NCBI GenBank assembly: GCA_964515065.1
Contig: CAZESR010000002.1
Location: forward strand, 3,419 to 67,418
Length of the DNA: 64,000 nucleotides
From: an uncultured Piscirickettsiaceae bacterium
GTDB taxonomy: Bacteria > Pseudomonadota > Gammaproteobacteria > PS1 > Pseudothioglobaceae
Direction of reading: 5' to 3'
Positions 21,401 to 31,294 of the stretch are shown here, in pieces (positions within the stretch are counted from its first letter, which is position 1; every line of letters begins with the position of its first letter). The notes beneath the pieces are model-generated. The model was not told the DNA's origin. It saw nothing but the letters and a program-made list of their open reading frames with translations, and did not search any database. A program made the translations under genes and the position numbers.

Positions 21401-21582
21401 TTAGTTTTTAAATTTTTTATATATAAGATTTATTAAAGCAATAAATTATTCAGTAGCAAGGAAGCTACAAAATCTTGTTTTAATTTCGCCTATAAAGGCA
21501 TAAAGGGTAACATTATACAAATATTCCAAAAATTAACCCAGATATTATTGCTTTTCAAATAGATTTTTAGCCAATCATTAAG

Positions 21583-22938
21583 ATGAATACTGCCATTATA
21601 TTAGCCGCTGGTCAAGGCACAAGAATGAGGTCAAAAACTCCTAAGGTGCTCCACAAAGTAGGTGGAAAATATTTGCTGCAGCACGTTATAGATGCATCAA
21701 AAGCATCTGTTAAAGAGATCAATGTAATTGTCGGTCATAACTCTGAGCTAGTTAAAGAAGCAATAGCTGATAGTAAAGTTAATTGGGTGCTTCAAGAAGA
21801 GCAACTTGGAACTGGGCATGCTGTTCAGCAAGCCATTCCTTTCATTCAAGATAAATCAATATGTTTGATACTTTATTCGGATGTGCCACTTCTTAAGAGC
21901 ACAACAATTAAGCAATTAATTAATAAAGCAGGAACTTCTGGTTTTTCACTTTTAAGTGTCTTACTTGAAGAGCCTTATGGTTATGGACGAATAATTAGAG
22001 ATTCAAATGGATCGATTCATTCCATCGTTGAACAAAAGGATGCAAATCAGGATCAGCTCAAAATTAATGAAATTAATACTGGAATTATGGCAATCAAAGG
22101 TTCGCTATTGAAGAAGTATTTAGGTGAATTAAAACCTAATAACTCTCAGGGAGAATTTTATCTAACAGATATTGTTGAAAAAGCTACCAAAGATAATGTT
22201 AATATTGCCTCATTTATATGCGAAAGTGAATACGAGGTCATGGGTATAAATGACAAAAAACAACTTTCTCAAGCAGAGAGGGCATATCAATCTAGTCAGG
22301 CTGAAGAATTTATGTCATCGGGGCTAACCATTATGGATCCAAAGCGTTTTGATTGTCGCGGCAAAATAAATTTTGGAAATGACTGTGTTGTCGATATAAA
22401 TGTCATCTTTGAGGGGAATAATGATTTAGGAAATAATGTTTTAATTTCGCCTAACTGCATTATAAAAGATTCTAAAATCGGCGATAATACTCATATATTG
22501 CCAAACTCAATTATTGAAAATGCCTCTATTGGGTGCAATACATCTATTGGTCCTTTTGCAAGAATTCGACCTGATACAAGTATAGGAAATCATTCAAAGA
22601 TCGGTAACTTTGTTGAGATAAAAAAATCCAATATTCAAAACAATTCAAAAATTTCTCATCTCAGCTACATAGGTGACAGCAAAATTGGAAATGATGTGAA
22701 TATTGGTGCTGGTGTTATTACCTGCAATTATGATGGCTCCAATAAACATCAAACTGAGATTAATGATGGCGCCTTTATAGGATCTAATAGTCAATTAGTA
22801 GCTCCAGTAACTGTTGGCGAAAATGCAACGATTGGAGCTGGATCAACTATTACTCAAAATGCTCCAGATAATAAACTCACCCTGAGCAGAAACAAGCAGT
22901 CGACCATCGATAAATGGAAGCGACCACCTAAGAAATAA
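21583..22938 (+). CDS. glmU: Bifunctional UDP-GlcNAc pyrophosphorylase / GlcN-1-P acetyltransferase
   Basis: LAAGQGTRM, QLGTGHAV, YGRI, EFYLTD, hexapeptide repeats, NYDG. Confidence 0.97.
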   Translation: MNTAIILAAGQGTRMRSKTPKVLHKVGGKYLLQHVIDASKASVKEINVIVGHNSELVKEAIADSKVNWVLQEEQLGTGHAVQQAIPFIQDKSICLILYSDVPLLKSTTIKQLINKAGTSGFSLLSVLLEEPYGYGRIIRDSNGSIHSIVEQKDANQDQLKINEINTGIMAIKGSLLKKYLGELKPNNSQGEFYLTDIVEKATKDNVNIASFICESEYEVMGINDKKQLSQAERAYQSSQAEEFMSSGLTIMDPKRFDCRGKINFGNDCVVDINVIFEGNNDLGNNVLISPNCIIKDSKIGDNTHILPNSIIENASIGCNTSIGPFARIRPDTSIGNHSKIGNFVEIKKSNIQNNSKISHLSYIGDSKIGNDVNIGAGVITCNYDGSNKHQTEINDGAFIGSNSQLVAPVTVGENATIGAGSTITQNAPDNKLTLSRNKQSTIDKWKRPPKK

Positions 22939-22952
22939 TAGTTTAGGTCACA

Positions 22953-24122
22953 ATGCTTAATCTCCCTAAAAATGTATGGATTTTGACTGCCTGTCAATCA
23001 CTATTTATGTCGCTCAGTGTTTTTATGGTATTCGTTGCAGGAATTATTGGGAGTGAACTTTCTCCAACAAAAAGTTTATCAACTCTACCTGTTGCTACTA
23101 TCGTTGTTGGAACAGCAATGAGCGTCATACCTGTCATACGTCTTATGTCTATCTTTGGTAGAAAAAAAGTTTTTTTAAGTTCCTGTATTTATTCAATCAT
23201 GCTAATTGGCCTGTGCATCTTTTCTATCTCAGAAGAAACATTCTTTCTGTTTTGTTTTGCTAGTTTTTGTCTTGGCGCAACAGTCGCGACAATGATGCAG
23301 TTTCGCTTTGCAGCAATAGAGAGTGTTAATCAAGATCAAAGAGCCTCAGCAACTGCGGTGGTTCTACTTGGCGGCTTAATATCTGCATTCCTTGGAACTG
23401 AAATTGCAACTATTGGAAAAAGCATCCTAGATACTGAATTTGTAGGGTCATTTTTATTATTAGCGCTTCTTTTCATCATTGCGTTTGTATTGATGATCTT
23501 TTTTGAACCAGCTGTAAAATTTAAGGAGCAAATAGAAAAATCAAAGCGACCCTTATTAAGCATCATTCAGCAGGGCTCATTTGTTGTTGCTGTATCTGCT
23601 GCAACGACTGGGTATGTTGTAATGAGTTTTATTATGACTGCAACCCCAGTGAGCATGCACGTTATGGATGGGCATTCTCTTCATCACACTAAACTTGTTC
23701 TTCAAAGCCATGTGATAGCTATGTTTCTACCCTCTCTTTTTACAGCTTATATAGTCAAATATATTGGTCTCACAAAAATGATGCTTCTAGGTATTTTGAT
23801 TCTTTTTATCTCTGTATTCATAGCCTTTATGAGTCATGCACTGACACATTATTGGTGGTCCCTTGTTCTACTTGGGCTTGGCTGGAATTTCCTATTTATT
23901 GGAGGTACAAACCTTCTTCCTCAGGCCTACAATGAGAACGAAAAGTTCAGGGCTCAATCTATTAATGACTTCTTAGTTTTTGGTTTTCAGGCTCTGGCAG
24001 CCCTCTCTGCAGGATGGTTTGTTTTTAATTTTAGTTGGGAAGTTGTCCTCTTATCAGTTCTCCCATTATTATTATTACAACTCGTAATCTTAACATGGTG
24101 GTTCATAAAAAAACCTAGCTAA
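22953..24122 (+). CDS. MFS transporter
   Basis: About 12 hydrophobic segments; FRFAA, HVIAMFLPS, GLGWNF motifs. Confidence 0.85.
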   Translation: MLNLPKNVWILTACQSLFMSLSVFMVFVAGIIGSELSPTKSLSTLPVATIVVGTAMSVIPVIRLMSIFGRKKVFLSSCIYSIMLIGLCIFSISEETFFLFCFASFCLGATVATMMQFRFAAIESVNQDQRASATAVVLLGGLISAFLGTEIATIGKSILDTEFVGSFLLLALLFIIAFVLMIFFEPAVKFKEQIEKSKRPLLSIIQQGSFVVAVSAATTGYVVMSFIMTATPVSMHVMDGHSLHHTKLVLQSHVIAMFLPSLFTAYIVKYIGLTKMMLLGILILFISVFIAFMSHALTHYWWSLVLLGLGWNFLFIGGTNLLPQAYNENEKFRAQSINDFLVFGFQALAALSAGWFVFNFSWEVVLLSVLPLLLLQLVILTWWFIKKPS

Positions 24123-24164
24123 TCATTTTTTTTGTATAAAATTCAAAAAAATAGAGAGGTAAGC

Positions 24165-24986
24165 ATGTTTAAAGTAGAACCACTAACGCCCACAATTGGT
24201 GCAGTCATCTCAGGGGTATCATTGAATCATTTAGATTCTGAAACTCTTGATCGAATCTATGATTCACTAATTAAACATCAAGTCATTTTTTTTAGAAATC
24301 AGGATCTTTCGCCTGAATCTCACATGAAACTTGCTGAAGGCTTGGGAGAAATTGATCCTGGACATCCAGTCTACCCTCATGTAGAGGGCTATCAAAGTAT
24401 TGTTCTTCTGAGAAACGATGCCAATAATAAACCGGACACGGCTGACTGGCATAAAGATTTAACCTTCAAGTCAGAACCTCCTTTTGCAAGTATTCTTCAT
24501 GGAGTCAAAGTTCCAAAGTTTGGTGGAGACACACTTTGGGCAAGTATGAGTGCTGCTTATGATCAATTACCCGAGGGCTGGAAGCAACACTTAGAAAAAC
24601 TTGAAGCTATCCATGACATGGGAACATTTAGAAATGACTACCTTAGGGATGGAGGTGTTGCATCTGTTAATGATGCCCTTAAAGAGATTGGCTCAGCAGT
24701 GCATAAGGTGATAGAGACTCATCCAGTATCAGGCCTCAAATATATTAATGTCAATCAATCATTTACACGAAACATTGTGAATGAATATCAGGGTCCAAGC
24801 GATCATGTATTACAATTCCTGTATCAACACATGAATAAGCCAGAATTTCAAGTGAGATTTCACTGGGAAGATAACTCAGTCGCTATTTGGGATAATCGTA
24901 TAACTCAGCACTACGCTGTATGCGACTATTTACCAAACTTTAGACATATGCAGCGAATTACAGTCATCAACGATAAAAGGGCGTAG
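24165..24986 (+). CDS. TauD/TfdA-family Fe(II)/2-oxoglutarate dioxygenase
   Basis: WHKD (HxD), GGDTLW, WDNRITQHYA, R..QR. ATG at 24165 with GAGAGG SD. Confidence 0.88.
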   Translation: MFKVEPLTPTIGAVISGVSLNHLDSETLDRIYDSLIKHQVIFFRNQDLSPESHMKLAEGLGEIDPGHPVYPHVEGYQSIVLLRNDANNKPDTADWHKDLTFKSEPPFASILHGVKVPKFGGDTLWASMSAAYDQLPEGWKQHLEKLEAIHDMGTFRNDYLRDGGVASVNDALKEIGSAVHKVIETHPVSGLKYINVNQSFTRNIVNEYQGPSDHVLQFLYQHMNKPEFQVRFHWEDNSVAIWDNRITQHYAVCDYLPNFRHMQRITVINDKRA

Positions 24987-24998
24987 GCTAAAGAATAA

Positions 24999-26162
24999 CT
25001 AAAGATGATTAAAGCCCTGCTCCAAATCCTCAATTAATTTCTTTGTTTCTTCAAGACCGATACTCAATCGGATTACATGCTTTCCATCATGAAGCCATTG
25101 ACCATCTCGCTTATATGGCCTTACAGTCAACAGGCTCTTGTAGCCTCCCCAACTGAACCCAAGAGCAAACATTTCAAGTGAGTTTATAAATTTAGCCATT
25201 TGATTATCTGAATATTGCTGCTTGAATGTGAAAGAAAATAATCCTGATGCACCCAAAAAGTCTCTTTTCCACAAAGAGTGTTGAGGGTGCGACTCCAAGC
25301 CTGGATGAATTACACAATCGACAATCTCCTGCTTTTCAAGCCAATGGGCAACCTCAAAAGCTGACCTCTCATGTTCTTCTAGTCTGACTTTAAGTGTTCT
25401 TAGGCCCCTTAAAGCAGAATAGCAATCCTGAGGGTTTGTATAATTCTCAACAGTATGAAAATAGTTTTTAAATTCATCGGCGTATTTTTCATTAACAGTT
25501 GCACAACCCATTAAAACGTCAGAATGTCCACAAATATATTTCGTAACAGATTGAATTACTAGATCAGCACCTAAATCTAGCGACTTGAGATAGAGAGGTG
25601 TAGCCCAGGTGCTATCGATGATTATCATTACATCATATTTTTTTGCAACTTTGACTATCTCAACTATATCTTGAATCTCAAATGTATTTGATCCTGGAGA
25701 CTCTAAGAAAATGAGCTTTGTTTTATCATTGATATAATGACTAATTTCCCCACCGATATTCGACTCGACAAGAGTTGTCTTAACATTATATTTAGCCAGT
25801 ATATTATGGCAAAACCTTTTCGTTGGACCATAAGCATTATCACAAAGTAAAATCTCATCGCCACTTTGGGTAAATGCCATCAGAGTATTGGTTATAGCAT
25901 TAATGCCTGAAGGAAAAGCATAACTTCTATGGCCATTTTCCAATTTACAGATGGCTTCTTCAAAAGCTTTCTGTGTTGACAGCCCATGCGTACCATAATC
26001 TACTCCAGGATAGTTGCCCTCAAGAGCCAACTGCATATCCTCGAAGCTTTCAAATAAAACCGTAGAGCCGCTTTGAACATCAGGATTAATTGTTTTTATT
26101 GTTCGACCGCCATACTTCTGGGTATAGTCAGTCCAACCAACATTATTAATTTTCTTAGACAT
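24999..26162 (-). CDS. metC: Cystathionine beta-lyase (Cys/Met PLP enzyme)
   Basis: ESPGS, DSTWA, SVTKYICGHSD PLP lysine, GFSWGG, RLSIGLE. Confidence 0.85.
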   Translation of the reverse strand: MSKKINNVGWTDYTQKYGGRTIKTINPDVQSGSTVLFESFEDMQLALEGNYPGVDYGTHGLSTQKAFEEAICKLENGHRSYAFPSGINAITNTLMAFTQSGDEILLCDNAYGPTKRFCHNILAKYNVKTTLVESNIGGEISHYINDKTKLIFLESPGSNTFEIQDIVEIVKVAKKYDVMIIIDSTWATPLYLKSLDLGADLVIQSVTKYICGHSDVLMGCATVNEKYADEFKNYFHTVENYTNPQDCYSALRGLRTLKVRLEEHERSAFEVAHWLEKQEIVDCVIHPGLESHPQHSLWKRDFLGASGLFSFTFKQQYSDNQMAKFINSLEMFALGFSWGGYKSLLTVRPYKRDGQWLHDGKHVIRLSIGLEETKKLIEDLEQGFNHL

Positions 26163-26240
26163 AGAAATAAATGTATAAAGAGTTGGCTGACATCATAGGA
26201 GGAATTTAATGCTTTGTCCAGTTATTTCCAAATCTATTCA

Positions 26241-29200
26241 TTAGATCACTATTAATTGACTTTCCGCAGGACAATAAATTGCTGACTTACAAGGAAGATT
26301 AAAGACATCACTCAGCACTTCCTTATATTTTTTAATCTGGGATTGGTGTGTGTGTTTTTGTCGCTTTATATATTCATCAATGGTTTCGTTCTTATTAAGT
26401 GAGGCTGTTTTAAAATCAATAATCCATAAAATCCCTTGATCGATAAATAATCGATCGATAACGACTGAATGTTTTGAATTTCTATACTCTGCCTCAACCT
26501 CTGTTGAATCTCTATACTTAAATATCCATTCAAAATTATCATCATGCTTAGTTTTTGAAAGTATATCTAGAATTAGAGTTGTATATGATTTTAACAATTT
26601 AGATGGAGCCCCCATTTCTCTCAGCCTTGTTTCAACTGTTTTATCTAATGGGTTAAATTCTCCAAGCTCTAAATAATGGTGAACAATTGTGCCAAGCGCA
26701 CTTTGATATATTAAATCAAAAGATTTTGGATGATTTTTTTGATCATCAGTTTTCCCAATACTTTGATTAGAATGAGAGTCTAGCGTTTTGATTCTTAAAA
26801 GTTTAGGTGCATTGATTGCACCTAATTTTTTTTCACTCTGATTAATATCTAAATCTAAGTCTAAGTCTAAGTCTAATTCTTCCTCATAATGCTCACTTAA
26901 CAAAGCGAGAAATGATCCACTCGTAGCCTTTCCAGTTTTTGATACGCCGCCTAATAAGTAAACCTTGCTCTTAGCTCGGCTCATCGCAACATAAAGAAGC
27001 CTCATTAATTCAAAATGTGATTGCTCCTTATTTAAATATTGCAAATAAAGGTAAGTCTCATTCTCTTTGCTTTCATAGGAAGACTTGATTGGTGACAATA
27101 AAACTTGACTATCTGGGAACTCTTGAATTTGCATTAAAGGAAGGCTGTCACTTTTTCCTTTTTTACCAAGTCCCGGAATAATTACAGTATCGAACTCAAG
27201 GCCCTTCGCCTGATGAATAGTCATTAACTTTACATTTGAGGGGCTGGATGGCGCATAGAGTTCTTGTACCATTGAATCAATAGCCTTAACATTTAGGTTT
27301 TGATTCATCTCACAATAGTTTAACAATTCAAGAAACTGGGTTTTTATTGTTCTTTCTATTTTTGTGAGTTCATTGTCATTACATAGCTGGCTTAATGCGT
27401 AAGAGAAGCGCTCAACAAAAGAAAACTTACCCTCAGAAAAAATCGCATCTCTTGTTGCTAGAAAGAGATGTAGACTTCTTTCAATACCCTCCGAACTCAT
27501 GCCTTTTCTGTACTCTAAATCCATCAGCTGAGAAAAAATTGTTTGATCATTTGATTCACTTAAAATTAGCAAGTCACTTAATCTCAAGCCGCACCATGGA
27601 GACCTTAGAATAGAGAGCCAAGCAAGCTTATCTCCCAAGCTCAAGAGGGCTCTAGATAAGCTCAACAAATCTCTCGTAAATAAATTGGACCTTAAATTTT
27701 CAGTTTTTATAGACTCAAAATTGATATTATTTTTTTTAAGAATTGAAGAAATTTCTTTAAGGTGAGATCTTGATCTTACAAGAATAGCGATCTCTTTCTG
27801 AGGGCTCTCTAAAAGAGATTGGTTGATAATTTTGTATATTTCATCGGCCTCTTCTAAATCATTATTAGGCCTAAATGGGCAAAATGAAACTGCCTCCTTT
27901 TGCTCTTTCCCAGAAAATGAATTTGAGGTAGAGTATTGAATTGCACCCTTAAGTAAATCGTCGTTCTGAGGAAAAATTTTTGAAAAGATTTCATTATTCT
28001 TTTGAACAATACTTTTATTAGATCTAAAGTTTGTATTTAGAATTAAAGATTTAATCTCGAGATTTCTAATTCCATTTCGAACAGCATTAATAAATATCCC
28101 AACCTGTGATTCTCTAAATCTGTAGATTGACTGCATTGGGTCACCAACCAAAAACATAGTCCTTCCATCATCCTGCTGCCAGCCTTCAATCAATCTTTCA
28201 ATTAAATTTAATTGTGAGTAGGATGTATCCTGAAACTCATCAATCAGGATATGTTTAATTTGATAGTCCAGTAATAAAGCAATATCGCTAACTTGCTCGC
28301 GACTATCTAGAGCGTTTATTGCCTGAATATTAACTTCTGAAAAGTCCTGCAAACACTCCTTGTCAAAAATTATTTTTAGCTTTGCAACGCTTAACTTGAG
28401 TACCTGGACAATGTCCAAAATAGATTTATTAATTGAATCTGAGAAATTATTACTTGGCAAATAATCTAGATTGATGAGCAGTTCTTTGAACTTTAGATTG
28501 GGGTCAAGCCCCTCTAAGATTTCTTTAAGTTTTGCCTTCTCCTCACTTAATTCAGGAGTGAAGCCAATTTTTACATCAACCCTCTTTCTCCAGTTACCAT
28601 TATTCTTTGTTATTAAGAGTTCTGAAATAATTTTCCACTCATCTAAATCACTGGCTTCTGTTCCAGGAAGACTTTGAATTTTGGATACATCCTCCCTTAT
28701 ATTTTCTTTGAGAAGATTAAAAAAATTAGGACCAAGTATTTTTTCTGCATAAAATCTTAGATCTTCAAGATGTTCGGCAATCAACTGATTTGAGAAAGCC
28801 TCTAAATGACTAACATCTAGAGCTCCCTCTGAAAATATTTTTGGTAACCATTGCTCCCTTTTTGCAAGCATTTGCTCAATAAGCCTATAGAACCTCTCAA
28901 TATCATTGTCCAGATAAAGCAAAACTGATGAAATAATTTTTTGATATTCGTCATCCTTTATAAGGAGCAATGTATCTTCTGCAGCCTGACGATATATTTT
29001 TTCATACTCAAAAGAATCAACCATCGTTCTTGGCGGTATCAGCTGGTCTAGAGATGGAAATCTAGATACTATCAAATTAGATAACGAATCGATAGTAATA
29101 ATTTTAAGACGAGAAGAGTGATTAATAAGATCCCAACCCCTCCTTTTAGATTGTTTTAAAACGTCACTAGCAAGATTATAAGTTTTCCTTTGATATTCTT

Positions 29201-29435
29201 CCAAAGGCGGCTTTTTTTTAGCTCGATTTAGTGAGCTAATAATACGGTGCTTGAGTTCATCCACTGCTCTATTCGTGAATGTCATAACAAGAATATTTTC
29301 TGGCTCATCTGCTGTGCCAAGTAATTTCAAATATCTTTGTGTAATGAGTTCAGTCTTACCAGAGCCTGCAGGAGCCTGAACAATGAATGAGCTACTTAAG
29401 TCTAATGCTTTGTCTCTTTGCTTTTGATCATTCAC
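26241..29435 (-). CDS. UvrD-type helicase with C-terminal PD-(D/E)xK nuclease (AddA-like)
   Basis: [46 protein letters not shown]...IIDFKT. Confidence 0.9.
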   Translation of the reverse strand: MNDQKQRDKALDLSSSFIVQAPAGSGKTELITQRYLKLLGTADEPENILVMTFTNRAVDELKHRIISSLNRAKKKPPLEEYQRKTYNLASDVLKQSKRRGWDLINHSSRLKIITIDSLSNLIVSRFPSLDQLIPPRTMVDSFEYEKIYRQAAEDTLLLIKDDEYQKIISSVLLYLDNDIERFYRLIEQMLAKREQWLPKIFSEGALDVSHLEAFSNQLIAEHLEDLRFYAEKILGPNFFNLLKENIREDVSKIQSLPGTEASDLDEWKIISELLITKNNGNWRKRVDVKIGFTPELSEEKAKLKEILEGLDPNLKFKELLINLDYLPSNNFSDSINKSILDIVQVLKLSVAKLKIIFDKECLQDFSEVNIQAINALDSREQVSDIALLLDYQIKHILIDEFQDTSYSQLNLIERLIEGWQQDDGRTMFLVGDPMQSIYRFRESQVGIFINAVRNGIRNLEIKSLILNTNFRSNKSIVQKNNEIFSKIFPQNDDLLKGAIQYSTSNSFSGKEQKEAVSFCPFRPNNDLEEADEIYKIINQSLLESPQKEIAILVRSRSHLKEISSILKKNNINFESIKTENLRSNLFTRDLLSLSRALLSLGDKLAWLSILRSPWCGLRLSDLLILSESNDQTIFSQLMDLEYRKGMSSEGIERSLHLFLATRDAIFSEGKFSFVERFSYALSQLCNDNELTKIERTIKTQFLELLNYCEMNQNLNVKAIDSMVQELYAPSSPSNVKLMTIHQAKGLEFDTVIIPGLGKKGKSDSLPLMQIQEFPDSQVLLSPIKSSYESKENETYLYLQYLNKEQSHFELMRLLYVAMSRAKSKVYLLGGVSKTGKATSGSFLALLSEHYEEELDLDLDLDLDINQSEKKLGAINAPKLLRIKTLDSHSNQSIGKTDDQKNHPKSFDLIYQSALGTIVHHYLELGEFNPLDKTVETRLREMGAPSKLLKSYTTLILDILSKTKHDDNFEWIFKYRDSTEVEAEYRNSKHSVVIDRLFIDQGILWIIDFKTASLNKNETIDEYIKRQKHTHQSQIKKYKEVLSDVFNLPCKSAIYCPAESQLIVI
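26848..26877. repeat. In-frame hexanucleotide repeat (TCTAAN)x5 encoding [10 protein letters not shown]
   Basis: tctaaa tctaag tctaag tctaag tctaat read directly. Confidence 0.85.
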
Positions 29436-31180
29436 ATTGATTCTGGTGCGCTCACCCCAAGAATTGATAGTCCATTTATGAGAATTTGTCTGGTCGCATG
29501 GATTAGTGATAACCTCGCTTGAGTCAGATTTTTGTCTTCCACGATAAACTTACAAGCGTTATAGTAACTATGGAAATGAGTTGATAGGTCTCTAAGATAA
29601 TAAGCAAGCTGGTGTGGCTCATATTGCATTGCCGATGATTCTAAAACACTCTTGTATCGGCTAAGCTCTTTTAAAATATTTTTTTCAAACTCTTCTGTTA
29701 GAAGGGACAAATTAGCCTGACTAATATCCAGTTCCAACTCTTTTTCTCTAGCTTGCCTAAACACCGAGCAAATTCGAGCATGTGCATATTGAATATAGTA
29801 AACAGGATTTTCATTTGTTTTTGATTTAGCCAAATCTAGATCAAAATCCATATGTTGCTCTGATTTTCTGAGGATATAGAAAAAACGCGCAGCATCATTA
29901 CCAACTTCTGCCCTCAGGTCCTCAAGAGTAACAAAAGAACCACTTCGAGTAGACATTTGAACTTTGCTTCCACCCCGATAAAGGTTTGCAAACTGAACCA
30001 ATAGAATCTCTAGTTTATTTGAGTTAAGACCCAATGCGTCTATTGAAGCTTTAACTCTCGGAATATATCCGTGATGGTCCGCTCCCCAAACATTGATGAT
30101 TTTGTCATATCCTCTCTCAAACTTATCAAAGTGATAAGCGATATCCGAAGCAAAGTATGTATGATTTCCATTGTCGCGAACAACGACACGGTCTTTTTCA
30201 TCACCGTAGTTAGTCGTCTTAAACCATAATGCTCCATCTTTCTCATATAAGTTTTTACTATCCTTAAGATTGGAGATGCATGACTCTGAAAGACCACTAT
30301 CAATTAATGACTGCTCCGAATACCATTTTTCAAACACAACCCCAAATTCAGATAGATCACTTTTAATACCACTCAGAATACTCTCGATTCCAACTTGGAA
30401 TATAGCCTTAAAGCTATCGCCCAAAATGGATTTAGATTTCTCAATTAACTGGTCGATATGAGACTCTTTATCGCCGCCCTCTAATCCATCTTTACATACA
30501 TTAGCAAAAACTAAATCTGATTTTTGATGAAATTCTTGCCCACTCTTGTCATAAATTACTTGAGCAATGTCTTTAATATACTGGCCTTGATAACCATTAT
30601 CAGGAAACCTTAGCTCCTCACCACAAAGAGACAAATATCGCAGGTAAATACTCACCGTTAAAATATCCATTTGCCTTCCAGCATCATTCACATAATATTC
30701 ATTATCAACCTTGAACCCAGCGTTTCTTAACAAGTTTGATATAGTTGCGCCATAGGCTGCACCTCTGCCATGACCAACATGAAGAGGTCCAGTGGGGTTA
30801 GCGGAAACATACTCCAAGAGCACCTTTTTGCCTTGGCCAATTTTTGACTTGCCATATAAAGCACCTTGATCAATAATCTCCTTTACCACTGATGAGCTTG
30901 ATTCCTCAGACATGAAGAAATTAATAAAGCCTGGACCTGCAATTTCAATTTTATTTATATAATCTATCTCTTCTAATTGACTAACAATGATTTTTGCTAA
31001 ATCGACTGGATTCATATTTGCCTGTTTGGAGAGCATTAATGCTATATTGGTAGCATAATCTCCATGACTATTGTCTTTCGTGTGATCGATTCTAACTTTT
31101 GAAGGCATTTCAATAAGAGTGCCTTTAGAAATTAAATCCTGAATGCACTTAATAAGTAAATCTTGTAATTGATCTTTCAT
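29432..31180 (-). CDS. argS: Arginine--tRNA ligase
   Basis: [34 protein letters not shown]. Confidence 0.98.
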   Translation of the reverse strand: MKDQLQDLLIKCIQDLISKGTLIEMPSKVRIDHTKDNSHGDYATNIALMLSKQANMNPVDLAKIIVSQLEEIDYINKIEIAGPGFINFFMSEESSSSVVKEIIDQGALYGKSKIGQGKKVLLEYVSANPTGPLHVGHGRGAAYGATISNLLRNAGFKVDNEYYVNDAGRQMDILTVSIYLRYLSLCGEELRFPDNGYQGQYIKDIAQVIYDKSGQEFHQKSDLVFANVCKDGLEGGDKESHIDQLIEKSKSILGDSFKAIFQVGIESILSGIKSDLSEFGVVFEKWYSEQSLIDSGLSESCISNLKDSKNLYEKDGALWFKTTNYGDEKDRVVVRDNGNHTYFASDIAYHFDKFERGYDKIINVWGADHHGYIPRVKASIDALGLNSNKLEILLVQFANLYRGGSKVQMSTRSGSFVTLEDLRAEVGNDAARFFYILRKSEQHMDFDLDLAKSKTNENPVYYIQYAHARICSVFRQAREKELELDISQANLSLLTEEFEKNILKELSRYKSVLESSAMQYEPHQLAYYLRDLSTHFHSYYNACKFIVEDKNLTQARLSLIHATRQILINGLSILGVSAPESM

Positions 31181-31294
31181 ATAGCCCAGCTAGTGGTTTC
31201 TTTTATATTTGAGGATTTTATTTTAATTTATCTGAATAGATTACCAGAACCAAATTATACTTTTAGCATCCAAATGAATACGTCAACATTCGAG

